Assembly: GCA_023334545.1 (NCBI GenBank)
Contig: JAADVB010000157.1
Coordinates: 1 to 44,527 of the forward strand
Source: Salisapilia sapeloensis CBS 127946
Taxonomy: Eukaryota > Protista > Oomycota
Length of the DNA stretch: 44,527 nucleotides
Direction: 5' to 3'
The position numbers were made by a program, and so were the translations under genes. The notes below the pieces were generated by a model, which was not told where the DNA came from, searched no databases, and worked only from the letters and a program-made list of their open reading frames with translations. This document shows, one piece after another, positions 1 to 13,000 of this stretch (positions are counted from its first letter, which is position 1; each line of letters opens with the position of its first letter).

Positions 1-1
1 A

Positions 2-556
2 GAGAAGCCGGATAAAGTCATGATGTACTGCACTGGAGGTATCCGGTGTGAAAAAGTTGGTGCCTACGTCCGTCAGCATAAGCAGATCGACAATGTCCAG
101 AAGCTGAAAGGAGGTATCGTCAGCTACGCCAACTATGTCAATGAGCAGGAAAGCAAGCCTCGATCTCTCTTCCGAGGCAAGAACTTCGTCTTTGACCAGC
201 GCTGCGTCACTCGGACACCTTCCACCAGCGGCGAAGAAGTCGATGCGAACCAAGTCACAGATGACGTCCTGGGCAAGTGTTTCCAATGTGGAGCGCCTTG
301 CAACCAACACACTAACTGCAGCAACTTGATGTGTCATGGCCTTGTCCTGCAATGCAGCGTATGCGCCGAGTCTTATTTAGGCGCTTGTAGTCAAGCATGC
401 AAAGGCGAAGTTATCAAGATGCAAGATATGGACGAAGAGGAACGTCGAGCCTACCGAAAAACAAACGCACATCTTTGGCACAAAAACAACCCAAACAGCG
501 ATCACAAGTATAATCGCTTTCGACCTCTACCTCCAGACGTAGCTGCTACAGCCTAA
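2..556 (+). CDS. TrhO/YceA (UPF0176, TSTD2-like) rhodanese-domain protein, C-terminal part, truncated at the 5' window edge
   Basis: The frame is open from base 2 (EKPDKVMMYCTGGIRCEK). It carries the CTGGIRCEK active-site loop, LKGGIVSY, FRGKNFVFDQR and the Cys-rich C-terminal region CFQC..C..H.NC.N..CH...LQC..C, all typical of the YceA/TrhO family. Stop TAA at 554-556. Confidence 0.9.
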   Translation, partial: EKPDKVMMYCTGGIRCEKVGAYVRQHKQIDNVQKLKGGIVSYANYVNEQESKPRSLFRGKNFVFDQRCVTRTPSTSGEEVDANQVTDDVLGKCFQCGAPCNQHTNCSNLMCHGLVLQCSVCAESYLGACSQACKGEVIKMQDMDEEERRAYRKTNAHLWHKNNPNSDHKYNRFRPLPPDVAATA

Positions 557-707
557 GTAGTACCTTTTTAAATACATAAAAAACGTCTTTCTTCATTTCT
601 ATCGAAAGTTGGAATACAAATGGAAATGGAAATTAAGTAGGTGGCATTTGATGGTTTACCACGATCCATGACATTCAGGACATCACGTCGTTTCAGCCCT
701 GCAAGCC

Positions 708-1602
708 ATGTCGGATAGAGAGCAGTCGACTTCCCCTACGAATATGGATGTGGATCGAGACCAATCGGCGTCTCCACGTCCGGCAAAGGATGAGAACTCT
801 CGCTCTCGTTCAAACTCGCCTGAACCGGAACGCCGGGAGTCGACGGGAGAACCAAAGGATAATCCGGGCAATAACCTCTACGTGGCGAGCCTCCCGACTC
901 GAGTACTACTCTACTGCATACCAATCCTTCCATGAGGATAGTGTTGATAGTACTGTAGCATGTATATTAACTTTGTGGATCTGTAGGCAAAGCAGTCAGA
1001 CTTGGAGGAATTGTTTTCAAAGTACGGACGACTGGAGAAATGCCAAGTGATCCAGGACCCAGTGACACGAGAATCGAGGGGCTTTGGCTTTGTCACGTTT
1101 GAAGATACGCGAGATGCCGAGGATGCCGTCAAGGAACTCAACGGGTACTGCTTTCCAACTCTCGCCATGAGCCAGCAATCTTCCATTTTCCCATCACTGA
1201 CCAATTCGATCCGCGACTTCGACCTGCCATAGTGCCGAGGTGCTGGGCCGGCGCATCCGAGTGGAACATGCCAAGCGTAAGAATGGACACCCCAAGACAC
1301 CAGGACAATGTACTTTTACCATATTCATACGGCATATGCATGCAGCTAACGACATATATAAACTAGATCTAGGACCCAAGCAAGCGAGCTCCAGGTATGG
1401 TGGCAACCGCAATCGACGTCGTAGTCGTAGTAAGGATCGTGGCCGTCGTGGCCGCAGCCGTAGTGGAGACAGAAGCCGTACACGTGATCGCTCGCGCAGT
1501 CGAGACAAGCATAACGATGACCGTCGCAAAAATGATCGTCGTAATGATGATCGAGGACGAGAACGCCGCGATCGTGATCGTGACAGTGGCCGCCGTCGTT
1601 AA
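708..1602 (+). CDS. Transformer-2-like RRM/RS splicing factor, 4 exons
   Basis: Inferred exons 708-902, 987-1144, 1233-1309, 1367-1602 (all GT-AG; GCTAAC branch point near 1345). The spliced protein has RNP2 NLYVASL, RNP1 RGFGFVTF, the TRA2-type linker KTPGQYLG and an RS/RD-rich C-terminus. Confidence 0.85.
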
Positions 1603-1696
1603 CAATAGTGCTGGATTGAGTTGCGACTGCATTGCTTTGAATTCATCCGTTCTTTTCTACCCAAAGTTTACTTGATAAAGCATCTCGCTCTTCTCT

Positions 1697-3907
1697 CTAG
1701 TCTTGGTCGTTTGTTTCCACTTTCTTCCCGTCCAGTACAAAGACAAGCATCCGGTCAAAACCTTCATCACGTTCCGCATCGCCACTCACGTGACTATGGA
1801 AGAAAGATGCGTCCTGCGTACAAATGATTAATGGATAATGCCCAAGGAATATCGATAGCAAACTCACTTCGGTGTAGTGTAGTCGGTCTAAAACGTCCGA
1901 GATACTCGTTGCGAGAGAAGAGTACATGACTACATAGTCTGGTAGAGATGGCGTATCATTCGACTGGAGATCGTACTTCAGCTTTAAAAAGTCAATGGGC
2001 GAAGTCTCCAGTTGATGCGATTCACTTCCTTCCGGCAGCAGTCGATTGCTAAAGCACACAAAGAACCGCCTTAGCTTTCGTTATACCTGGTAATGTAACG
2101 TATGTATACTCTGGAGAGCAATCGGGGAACCACATGGGGACGTTGCGATGGAGATGACTGTAGTACGGCGTGGCATGGCAAGGTGTCCAGAAATGAATAG
2201 ATGCATGCGGATGTTCTAGTGCAATAGACTTAACATACATTCTACCTTGTGTATTTGCGGACAAAGCCTACCTTCTAGTCGTGCAGCTAGATGGTCCATG
2301 ACCTCTAACGGCGCTCGTTGGTGGTATCGAGAGAGGTAGACGGCTGTATGGAGACTGGGTACAGCAATCAAGAAGACAGCCACTCGCAGCAAGTTCTTTT
2401 GCGTATGTTCACGCAGCTGAATGTAGAGTCTCTGCTCAAGATTCCGCAGGCAGAAAGCAGCATACACGACTGCAATGGGTACAAGTGGCATGATAAAGCG
2501 AAACTCTACGAAATATTCGCTTCTTAAACATCTACACCAGAGGAATAATAAAGAGGCTGTACCTTTGTGCGTGGACAAGCTAAAGATACCAAGTGACCAG
2601 ATCAAAAGGTATCCTAATTCTCGCTTTGCTTGCTATCGACCAAACGTATTGTCAACAGACATACAAGACAATATAATAGGATGTGCGTACGAGAGAAGAG
2701 AGATATCCAACGAGTGAGAGGGGTAACATAGACCCTGTGACTGCTGGAAAGCCTTGCGTAATGTACCAGCTCCAAGGTTGTTCTCCATAGAGAGCATCTT
2801 TGCCCTACAATATTCCATCAGATCAATTCAAATGAACAAGTAAGCAGAAGCAATGTAGACTGGGATCATGTACCTCAAGAATGTTGAATTTGGCGAAATT
2901 GTATGGGACAAACGTCCATTCTCCATACCCGACGCGATCGATGCAAAGCATGGAAGCCGTTGTAAGCAGTCCAATTACAGCTACTTCAAGTAAAAAGCGA
3001 AGCTTATCTCTTGCTTGTATCAAATGAAATAAGCCGAGACAGATCCAGATGACTGCATTCGACGGTCGGAAAAGCACGCCGAAAGCTGCCCATATCAACG
3101 CATACACTCGTGTGTTTGTTCGATAGCTATTCTCTTCTTCCGTAGCATCATCATCCTTCTTGTGCTTGACACTTGCCTACATGGTTACATATTGTTTGCT
3201 CTGTTCATACGTGACACGATTAACAACTACTAGCTTACGACTGGTGTCCAAGGCCAATAGGATAGAGCTGCAGCAGTACAAAGCGTTTCGATCGAGTTGG
3301 AGAATGGACGGACCATGGCATAGAAAAGGAACCAAGAGAAGAGCTGACAAAAGACTGCCCACTTGGCAACATTCCGATCCAAATAGTTGTTCGCTAAACG
3401 ATAGACAAAATAGTCTGTCGAGGCTGCAAAGAATCCCTATTATCTCTTTCAGCATATACTTCCTAATAGGGAACACAATAGTTGGCGGATACCTGTAGAA
3501 GACGAGGACCATAGGCAATTGCCCAACGCGAATCCATTCCCTACTCAAGCGCAATCGAATGAGTAAGCATATGATACAAAGTCGAAAGTATGGACATACC
3601 AAGATTTCCAATGCTTTATACAGCAACGCAAAGACTGCTGGATGGGCAAAGCCTCGTATTTGTGCGTCACTCTGCCATTCCCACGTCCTATCAATTACAA
3701 TGTCACTACATCCTATCTGAGGTATCAATCCAGGTAAAAGATCACGTACAAGTGCCCATAGTTAAAGACAAGGTGATGCGCAACTTCCGTGCTTTGCCAG
3801 AACTCATCCGGGTTGAAGACTGTGCGTACGAAGAGTGCATTCCATAGTCGAAATACGAGTACACTCGTCCAAAACCACTTGGACTCGACGACTTGACACC
3901 ACTCCAT
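1697..3907 (-). CDS. PIGB: GPI mannosyltransferase 3 (PIG-B/Gpi10), multi-exon
   Basis: Exon 1 has FNPDEFWQSTEVAHHLVFNYGHL, spliced (intron 3688-3749) to TWEWQ...IRGFAHP. Later exons give YGPRLLQ, RPFSNSIETL, FRPSNAVIW, IDRVGYGEWTFVPYNFAKFNI and HQRAPLEVMDHL. The last exon ends at TAG 1697-1699. Internal boundaries were only partly resolved. Confidence 0.9.
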
Positions 3908-4090
3908 GTGAATTCTGACCTTGAGGATGTGTCACCAATACAAATTTCAAGTCATTCGCAAGAACCGAACGCGACACGAAACAGCACGAGCATCCTTATC
4001 CATACCCATCGACACGTAGTTTTCGATTAACACTTGCATCCAGACGAATTATATACTCTAGATAAACAAGTAAAAAGGAGCTTTACCACC

Positions 4091-7000
4091 ATGTTGCAAC
4101 GAGCGGTGGCAGTGCTTCTACAGAGGCTACTGGGAAAGGTCGTGTTGATCGATCCGTCCATGCTCCGGTTGTCACTATGGCAAGGAGACCTGTCGTTTAC
4201 AGATCTACAGCTCCGATTATCACATGGAGAAGGAAGCATCGGTCAGTTGGACGTGCAGATACCGTGGCGAGCGCTATGGACCCAGCCTGTGATCGTCCGA
4301 GCGGACCACGTAAGCGTCTTATTGCACCGCGCAGCGCCAGAGCCGATGGATCCTGCAGAGATGGAACAGGTCTTAAAGGCAGCTGTGAGTGATTTAAGTG
4401 GAGAATTTGCGCAGGAACAGGAGGATGCGACATATAAAGATGATAGCACGTACCTCTCTCGCTTGGTCACGCATATCTTGTCGAATATCCAAGTTGAAAT
4501 TAATACTATCCAGGTCCGGTACGACTGTGTCGAAGGTGTCGCTACAGAGGTAGATTATCTTATCAAGTCCATGCCGTATAAAGTATAGCTAACGCAAGAC
4601 AATGATAGAAGTGCAGCAGTGCGACGCTCGAGGTTGGATGCGTTTCCATGCTAAATGTCGACTCGAATTGGGAAATGACGTACACGCCTTATTCAAGCCC
4701 AGGAGCATACTCGCAGAAACTTATTAAAGTCGAAGACATTGCAGCGTATATTGAGTACAAAGAAAAAACAAAGGATGGCGTATTAGGCCACAAACGACGC
4801 GACTATCTCTTCCACGAGTGGTTCATTCGTGTCAAGGCAGTCCTTCATTACGACAGCGCAAATGCTAGCTTTCCGGACGTTGATTTAGATGTCGAAGTCG
4901 GCTGCAATCCAGGTGAGATCCAAGAAAATTGTCAGACATGCGCTAGTTCTCCTATCTACCATACCAACTCGACGGCTTCATCCAATACCTTGCGTGTACA
5001 TGACAGTCAGCCCCGTATACACTTTGAAGCACAACATATCGACATTCTGTACGAGATGTTGATGGAGGTCAAAGCACCTTACGATCAGTTTGAAAGACTT
5101 TCAGAGCTTTCTCAGAAAAAGATGTCACGACCGGAAGGCTTCGTTATGGTACTAACTTATGCCAAGCAATGGCTCATGGCGGATATCGACGCTGTATCGG
5201 GCGAGAAAACGGTCATTGACGATGACGAGGATGACGACGAGGATGAATTCGAAGACGCCATTACACCTCCCACACTAGTCATGAAAGCAACATTTGTCCA
5301 AGGTGCAAGCCTTGTGTTCTCTTCACGACAAGAAGATGGTGCCATACAAGAGAAGAGATCTAGGATGTGGCTATGGGAACTCGGACGGACAAGTGGTAGC
5401 CTTAAACAGTCGTGTGTCGATGACGAGATTTCATTCCAGGTCGACTCTTTAGACATTTATGAAGCTGCTGCAAATGGAGATAAGATGTATACGCTCTTCC
5501 ATCATGAAGCACGAAAGGAGCAATATGTAGACTCTCCTCTACTCCAATTTTCATGCGTCTTACCGGCGTATGAAAGTCGTCTTGTGGGTCATCAGCCTGA
5601 AATGGACTTGCAGCTACCTCATTTCATGATTCTTATGCTTGAAGATGAGACCATTACAGAGTGGATGAGTTTATTCGCTCCCTTGTATCAGTGGTGGAAA
5701 CAATGGACGAAAGCTCGTCCGAGTAAATCGATTTTGTCTGTAGAAGAACAGCCGATTGCTCCGATATCGAATGTTCATGTGCGTGTCGATGGCATTCGAG
5801 CTCTATTCTCTACGCATAAGAACTTTGGCTTTGGCGTCGAAGTATCCCAATTAAACGTGGTAACAGATACGGCAGATGCGTCCCAAGTGCAGTTGCAGAT
5901 CATGTCTCGATCCTTCTCAGTATTCTCTGCACCGAGTCTACTTGAGAACTACAGCAATAAGGAAACTAGCATGAAACAAGTGTCTAATCTACATCGGATC
6001 GTTGACATTGACAACTGGAAGCTCCGACTCAAAAGTTCATCGAGAACAAATTGGCATCCAGAAGTCTACACTTGTCGACATAACTTATACTCGAGCGATT
6101 CTATCCACGAATCGAAAGCGATATTCGATTTAAATCTCGGTGATGAAACGCCAATGTACACGTACGACTTGGATCTCCCTCCACTTATCGTGCATATGCA
6201 GTGGGAAGAAGTCGAGGCCTTAGCATGGACCGTTGGAAAGTGGAGCTTCTTTATGCCAGACCCAGTAGATGTTCCACCAACTGCTAATAAACACCGCTTT
6301 AGTCGGCATAAAAATGGCGTCTGCCAAAAACGATGGAACGTCAGTGTGCCACAGCTTGAATTCAAAGTCGGAGGTGATGATGCCAAGTCATTTATTGTGC
6401 TCAAAGCGCAGTCGCTTTCGTATCGTTCAAAAGCTTGCTCCACGAATCAGCTACACCAAATAGCAGCGTCGACAATCTCTTTGGAAGATGAGAAGACGTC
6501 AATCCTATCTGTCGTTCAGCATTCTCGCATGTCTCGCAATGCTTTAGACGTTCGACATCTTGTACGCGAAAGAGATACAAGTGACGTCGAAAAGAGCGGT
6601 ATGACAGGACCTGTCATGCAGAGTCACGTGTTTATGGAGCAACTAGCAGGAACATTTTCGCTACCAAGTGTCCAGAGCCTTCTCTCAAATTACCAGCGGT
6701 CATATGAGAGCTTTAGCCTTGGACTCGTGTATGCTGCTGGCGCTGGGTACGACCGAAGTGCTTTTGCATCGAATATCGATCGTATCCAATTGAATCGAGA
6801 CAAATGGGCGCAGCAAAAGGCGAGGGAGAGTAACTTTGAGCACATTATCGATCTAACCATTGCTCAAGACTGCCAGATCACGATTGTATCTCGTCAGGAG
6901 TCGCCACCTGCAATGGAAGTAGACACTGACGAGGAAAATGTAGCGATTGGAAGCATCGACTGCAGTAACATGTCCGCACATATCCGCTTACTCGTTCAAG

Positions 7001-10000
7001 ACGGTGTGCCTAGTATCGAAGCAAAGGGCTCCATGCCGAACTTTCAGATCACGGATTTGGCCTTACCTGTCGCTCATCAACGATCGGATACATTCGTCAA
7101 GTCACATCCACGCTTTGTGGGTTCGCACCAGGACATGCACTTAGGTGATCTGGACATTACGTCCATCGGTGTGAAGAACACAGTCGACTTTGCTGTGATG
7201 ACAGGTGTGTTTGCGAACACAGATTCAGCGACATCTGCTCCATGTTTGATGCAAGTGCGTCTAGATGCTGTCTGTATCATGTACCTCCACCGTATCTGCA
7301 AGCAGTACGTTCGTTTCGTTGCAGATCACGTCGTTCCGTCTTTAGAAAATGCATTTACCTACACACCGAACGACAAGGATGCAACGTTAGTGTTTGAACG
7401 CTTTGGATCTCCATCTAGGCTTCCTAGTAACATCCAGGAAATTATTCGTGTGATCTCCAAGCTATTCCCAGTAGCAGACGCAGAGGATGTGGAAGATGTG
7501 ATGCCAAAGCTTCCTCCACTCGCATTGGAACTCTTTGCCAATGAACTAACGTTTGCATTGCCACAGAATTCATTTTCAAAGGATAGCATCGTTCTCCACT
7601 GCACCAATGCACGCATGTGGAGTGCTGGGATAGACCCAGATGACTCGTTCTTCCTCCAGTCTGGCATGCTAAACACGAATGAAGGTCGTCTGTCGCACAG
7701 CAGTACGCTCTCAGATGCGACGCACACGCGGGCTCAACAGTCGAGACGCATGACGTTACGGAATCTACGACGGTCCGTGAAGAACCATCGGTCTCGCATC
7801 CTTAGTAGTCGCAGTCAACTCTATGTGGACTTGAAAAATGCGACGCAGCAGGCGCAAAACTACTTGCATGAAGGGTTTGAGGCGTTGCCGGAAGCAGAAG
7901 AGGCCGTTAGTATTATTCGCGGCAAGATCAAGTCGCTTGATGAACACCTTGAGAGCTTAGAAAAGAACTTGCATGAGCTTGATGATGCCATTGAGGACAC
8001 GAGGGTAGAGCACGAAGCGTTCGCAAGGTCTCGACGAGAAAGCTCTGGGCCGTATTCACCTAATGGCAGCTTTGTTAGTACCACGGGGGACGTAGATGAT
8101 GATCTTGTCACTAAGATTCAAGCTGCTTTGAAAGACATGCCACAGCATATTATTGCAGGCCCGTTGTTTGCAGCAGACGATGCAGAGTTCCATGACGCAC
8201 GTGCGGTGATGGAGACGAATATGTTTTCAGCTGAAGAGTCCACATCGCCTATCCTGTCGCTGTTTGAATTTGAGATTGTGGATATTAGTGGCATCACGAC
8301 GAACGCATCTAGTCCACTCTTCCATCATGCTCTGTTAACAGGTCGACTGGATTTTGAAGCGGAGGAATTGGCAAATGATATCCAAAGCGCTTTCCTCGGC
8401 ATTCACCTTGGATTGAATGAACTTAGTGTCGGTGCAACGCAAGATCAGTATGCTGTTTTTGTCGGTATGATATTTGAAAACTTTAGAGAAGCATCTTCCG
8501 TCGTGAACGAAGACACTTTCCCTTTGTGTGACAACTGCGGCGGGCATCACTTTCCTACGGAAGCTTGTACATCTATCTGGATGCATATACCGATCAAAGT
8601 TGCAGACGCCGCGCTACGTATCTCCAACGGGGATCATGCGATTGCTGATTTGTTCTTGGAGCAACTGGAGCTGAGCTTTACGCTCCGTACAGACGACTCA
8701 TTAGAGCTTGAGGCATCGGCTTTATCTGCTGTCGTCGTCGATATTAGTCCTTCCAAGTCCCCTGTAGCATCAGAACTTTTGCGTCCATTAGCTGGAGAAG
8801 GACTCCAGGTCGAGTACAAGCAGTGGATGAACTGGACTGATAGCGCTTTCGCGATCAAGTTGAATCACACTAACATGATTGTCATCTTTCCGACACTCAC
8901 CGAGATCATGGAGTACTTTACGGTGCCAGTGTTAAGCGACACTTTCATCGATTTTGGCGAAGGCTTTATGATGCCTCCACCTCCAGACTGGGCCAAGCTC
9001 GAGCTCCAGTTCGATGCTTCGAGCTGTCTACTCTCGTTACTAGAAAACTTTGGCTCTGGAGATTCAAGAGCGTTGGTGATCCTTGCAAACTATGCACTCA
9101 CTTTTTCTACCACGAATGCAAGTGAAAACGGTCTGGACTTGAAAAAGCTACACTTTATGTTCGACCAACGAGGCGTCTACTTTTCACAGTTGCCGCATCT
9201 ACAAATCGACGCGTTGTTCCCGCTTTGCAATGCCTTTTCACTCACGATGGACCACTTCCTAGAAGGTATGTCGTCTCTCCATCGTCGAAATTCGTTCGCT
9301 CTTGCTCCCGTGGAAGCACGCTTTTCAGTCCAAGATGCACACTTGTTTATTAACATTGTGAACAACTACATCAAGTGGCTACCTGATGCTGTAGCAGCTA
9401 CGCAGCCTCCTCCGTCATCTAAGCAAGAGCAGGTCGCTACACGGCCTGCCAATACTCTGTATACAGTAGACAAGCTGCTTGGTGATGTTGGCGAGTTCCG
9501 ACTCGTGCTAGTAAACAACAGTCTTGGTATTCCCATCGCGGACTTTCGTCTTGACGATATCTTGTGTGAATACGTCCAGGACGATGCTTACTCAACGGAG
9601 ATCGGAGGTGTCCTGTCTTTCAACTATTTCAACAATAGCATCTACAGATGGGAGCCACTCATTGAACCATTCTTTGTCCACTTGCGTGCACTACGGTCAC
9701 ACGAAGAGAATGCTCATGTGGAGATTCTAGCCGACTTGCCAAACACGGTGAATGTAAACGTGACACCAGCAATGGCACCTCTGATGTCGTCTGAAGCATT
9801 GAAACGAGCGGATTTCTTAACGACTGGATCTAAGTCGTCTGCACCGTTCTGGATTGAGAATCGAACAGGGATGGAAATCAAGTTTAGTTTCCGAAGAGGA
9901 AGAGGGAGTTTGATTCAACAGCGTATTGAGGACGAAGACCGTGTCCCAGTGGATTGTCGAGAACAAGGTGATATGCGGAGCTTTGATAGTGATTCGGCAG

Positions 10001-13000
10001 ATAAATTTATCAAGGACTCGGACCGTCAGACGCGTACGGCGAACCACACGCTGTCCGTCTGGCTGAACGACAGCAAGTGGGTAAGCACAAATCCAGTGAT
10101 TGTAGATGTAGTCGGGCATGTGTCCATCCCATTGAGAGAAGCAACAGTCGTCAACGACATGGAAGAGGAGGATACTTCTATGGCTTCAGACGTGGATCAG
10201 TCTCCTCCAGTCTTGGTCGCAGAGATTGCATTGCAGCCGGATGGAAGCAAGCTCATTAGTCTTCACTCGCAAGTTGTGCTTCAGAATCGAACGGCTATCC
10301 CATTGCTCGTGTGGGCATTCTCGCCTCGTGACGGTGGGAGCATCCAAGAGTGGATGGTCGAGAGAGAGCAGGTGTGCTACATCCCTTTGCAGCTGATGCA
10401 TCCACAAAGCAAGATTAGTATCAAACCGTCTCCGTTCGTCCAGTACGCTCCATTAGCTACTTCGTTCGAAGAATTACAAGATGATGCGCGTGTCGTCAAG
10501 TCTGTGAATTCCAAGAGGTTTATCAAGGCTGGAACGTGTGTCTGTAGCTTTGCGACCTATGATGCACAGGATGAATTGCAGTCGAATAGCGACACGCTTG
10601 AGAAACTCGCTGCTTTTGACACAACGAATACCTTGCCTGGATTCGTCGTGCGTGACTTGCCTACATGGAAGTGTACGTACGACATTGAAGCATACTTTCT
10701 CATGCGCGCGACGTTCTCCAATGCAGATGAGTGGAATGACGAGACGGCAGAGCACGCACAAGGTCAAATGAAGGAAGGGGTACAAGCTGATAATGGAAAT
10801 GGAGAACCATCTTCTGATGCAGACGAAAGAAAGGAGACGGATCAGGAGGAAAAATCGATGAATTCGCAAATCGATGAAGCACGTCTCGCGACGCAACGCA
10901 GAACGCTTTATGAGGCGACAAACTCGAGCTTATTCCACTTTTCCATCTCCCCATTCCTTACCATCCATAATCGATTGGCGACTGCACTAGCGTATAGACT
11001 GTTGAATGAGTCGTTGCAGCTAGTAGCAGAAGGTGTACTTGCAGTCGGGAACATCGTGCCACTCTTTCAAGTCGATTCCAGTGCTCCGCTGTACATTTCA
11101 TTCCGATTGGAAAACTATAACTGGAGCAGTCCGCAGCAGATTATAAATCCAAAGCAGTCGGCGTATCGAGTGCCTTACAAGGAGCTAATTGAACCAGCCT
11201 TTCTTCCTGGACGTGTGTTTGATCGGAATGTCGCGAATGAACAAGGAAATGTACCAAATCTACAGCTGCAAGTGAAACTAACTGGCAGAGACATTGTCGT
11301 CTTTTGCTCCGTATGGGTTGTCAACCACTCGAACTTGGATCTAGACTACTGCAATTCCACAAGCTCTTCATCGAAGAGACTCGAGGATATCGTACGATAC
11401 GTCCATCGACCAGCATCTCCTGACGATCTGATTGAACGCTATGGAGGCTTTGCTCCGGAAGCTCCTGTTTCCAATCGCAACGATCGTAGGAGAAGTTCGA
11501 GTGTCGCTCCGCTGCAAAAGATGAAGTCGTCCATAAATCCTGTGGCTCTTATTATCGTCGTAAAGGAAGCACGAGAGTTGTATAATTCACAATTCTTTGG
11601 ATCCCAAAGTCCGTATGTCCGAGCGACATTGTACGGGATTAAAAGATCTCGCGAAAAGTACGATGGAAATGCTGAGATGCATACGATTTGCTCAGCAACG
11701 ACTAGGCCATCACCGTCTGGTGGCATGAATCCAAAGTGGTCGACAAAGCTACATAACACGATGCTACTCCGTCTACCTGATAACATCACAGCTGCTCGAG
11801 TCGTGATCGAAGTGCGCAACGTCAATTATGGTATGGATTCTTGCATCGGTATGTACGCGATGAAGCTCGATAGTATCCTTCAAGACCGTTCAAAGGCTGC
11901 TGGGTTCAACTGGTACAGCCTAATCAAGCGTCGGTCGTCGAAGGACAAGAAGGCAGAGGCAGCGGATATTCATCGAGGAGATCTATGCCTCTCGTTTACA
12001 GTCGGTACTTCACAAGCACTAGGGTCAGAAACCATTTTGGAAGACGTTGAGATGGAAGATATGAACGAAACCAAGCCAGATGTGATGAATGAAGGGGATG
12101 ATGGTGACCATAGCGACGGATCGTGGATTGATGATGATACGCAGCTGACACCTGCCAATATCGAGGAAGCACTTGCAATGGAGAGTCAGACACCTGGATC
12201 ACTCCCTGTGTCTGGTATCCTTCGGAACACGCAGCGTCAAGCAGAGGCTGGTAGTACAAACAAGACGATGAGAGGCACAGCTTCAGCTCGGCGTGATTGG
12301 TGGTCTACGTACGAACCCGACGGTAGTAGCAACCTCACGAATGGTACTCAGCTGATGGATGCACCGTTATCGACAAGACATGGTGGACGTCATATGACTC
12401 CACCATCGAACGGAAGTGTTATTCTACGACCGATCCAGATTTATCTTCCGCACAATCGTTTTGCGTCCGTCGTGGTCGGCGTTGCGTCTCACTTCTTACT
12501 CTCCGATGTTTTCAAACTCGTGTGCATCAAGTGTGGCTTTGAAGGCGTGCTCGATCATAAGGACTTTGACTTTTATGAAATCGTTTTGCCTCGCTTTGTA
12601 TCGCTCCGGAGTGCAGGTAGACCAGAGGGTGATCGATGGTACGGTGAACGATTGCGCATGGACTCGCACATTCGACGTAGGGGCTATACGCATGGTCTTC
12701 ACCTTTGCCACAAGATCAACGAGACAACTGTCCGGTTGTATGATGAAAGCAGCACTGCTAGCTCACATCACATGACCCCGAGATCGAGTGTACGTCCAGG
12801 GAACCCTGCTCAGCATCGTCCGATGCCATGGGGTGAAGTTCTCGTGTACGGCTCTGGAGGTAAGAACTGGGACGTGCTACGACTTAAGTCGCCATCGTCC
12901 CCATGGTCGGACGTCGTTCGATTGAACCGGAATGCAATGGGCAACTCTGGTGTACCGCAAGTGATTACGCTGCCAAATGAGCGTCTTGATCAGGATGAAA

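Noticed and set aside
4034-4090. Upstream TTG start for VPS13 given by the ORF track
   Set aside because: This is a eukaryotic gene and the Chorein-N sequence begins at ATG 4091.
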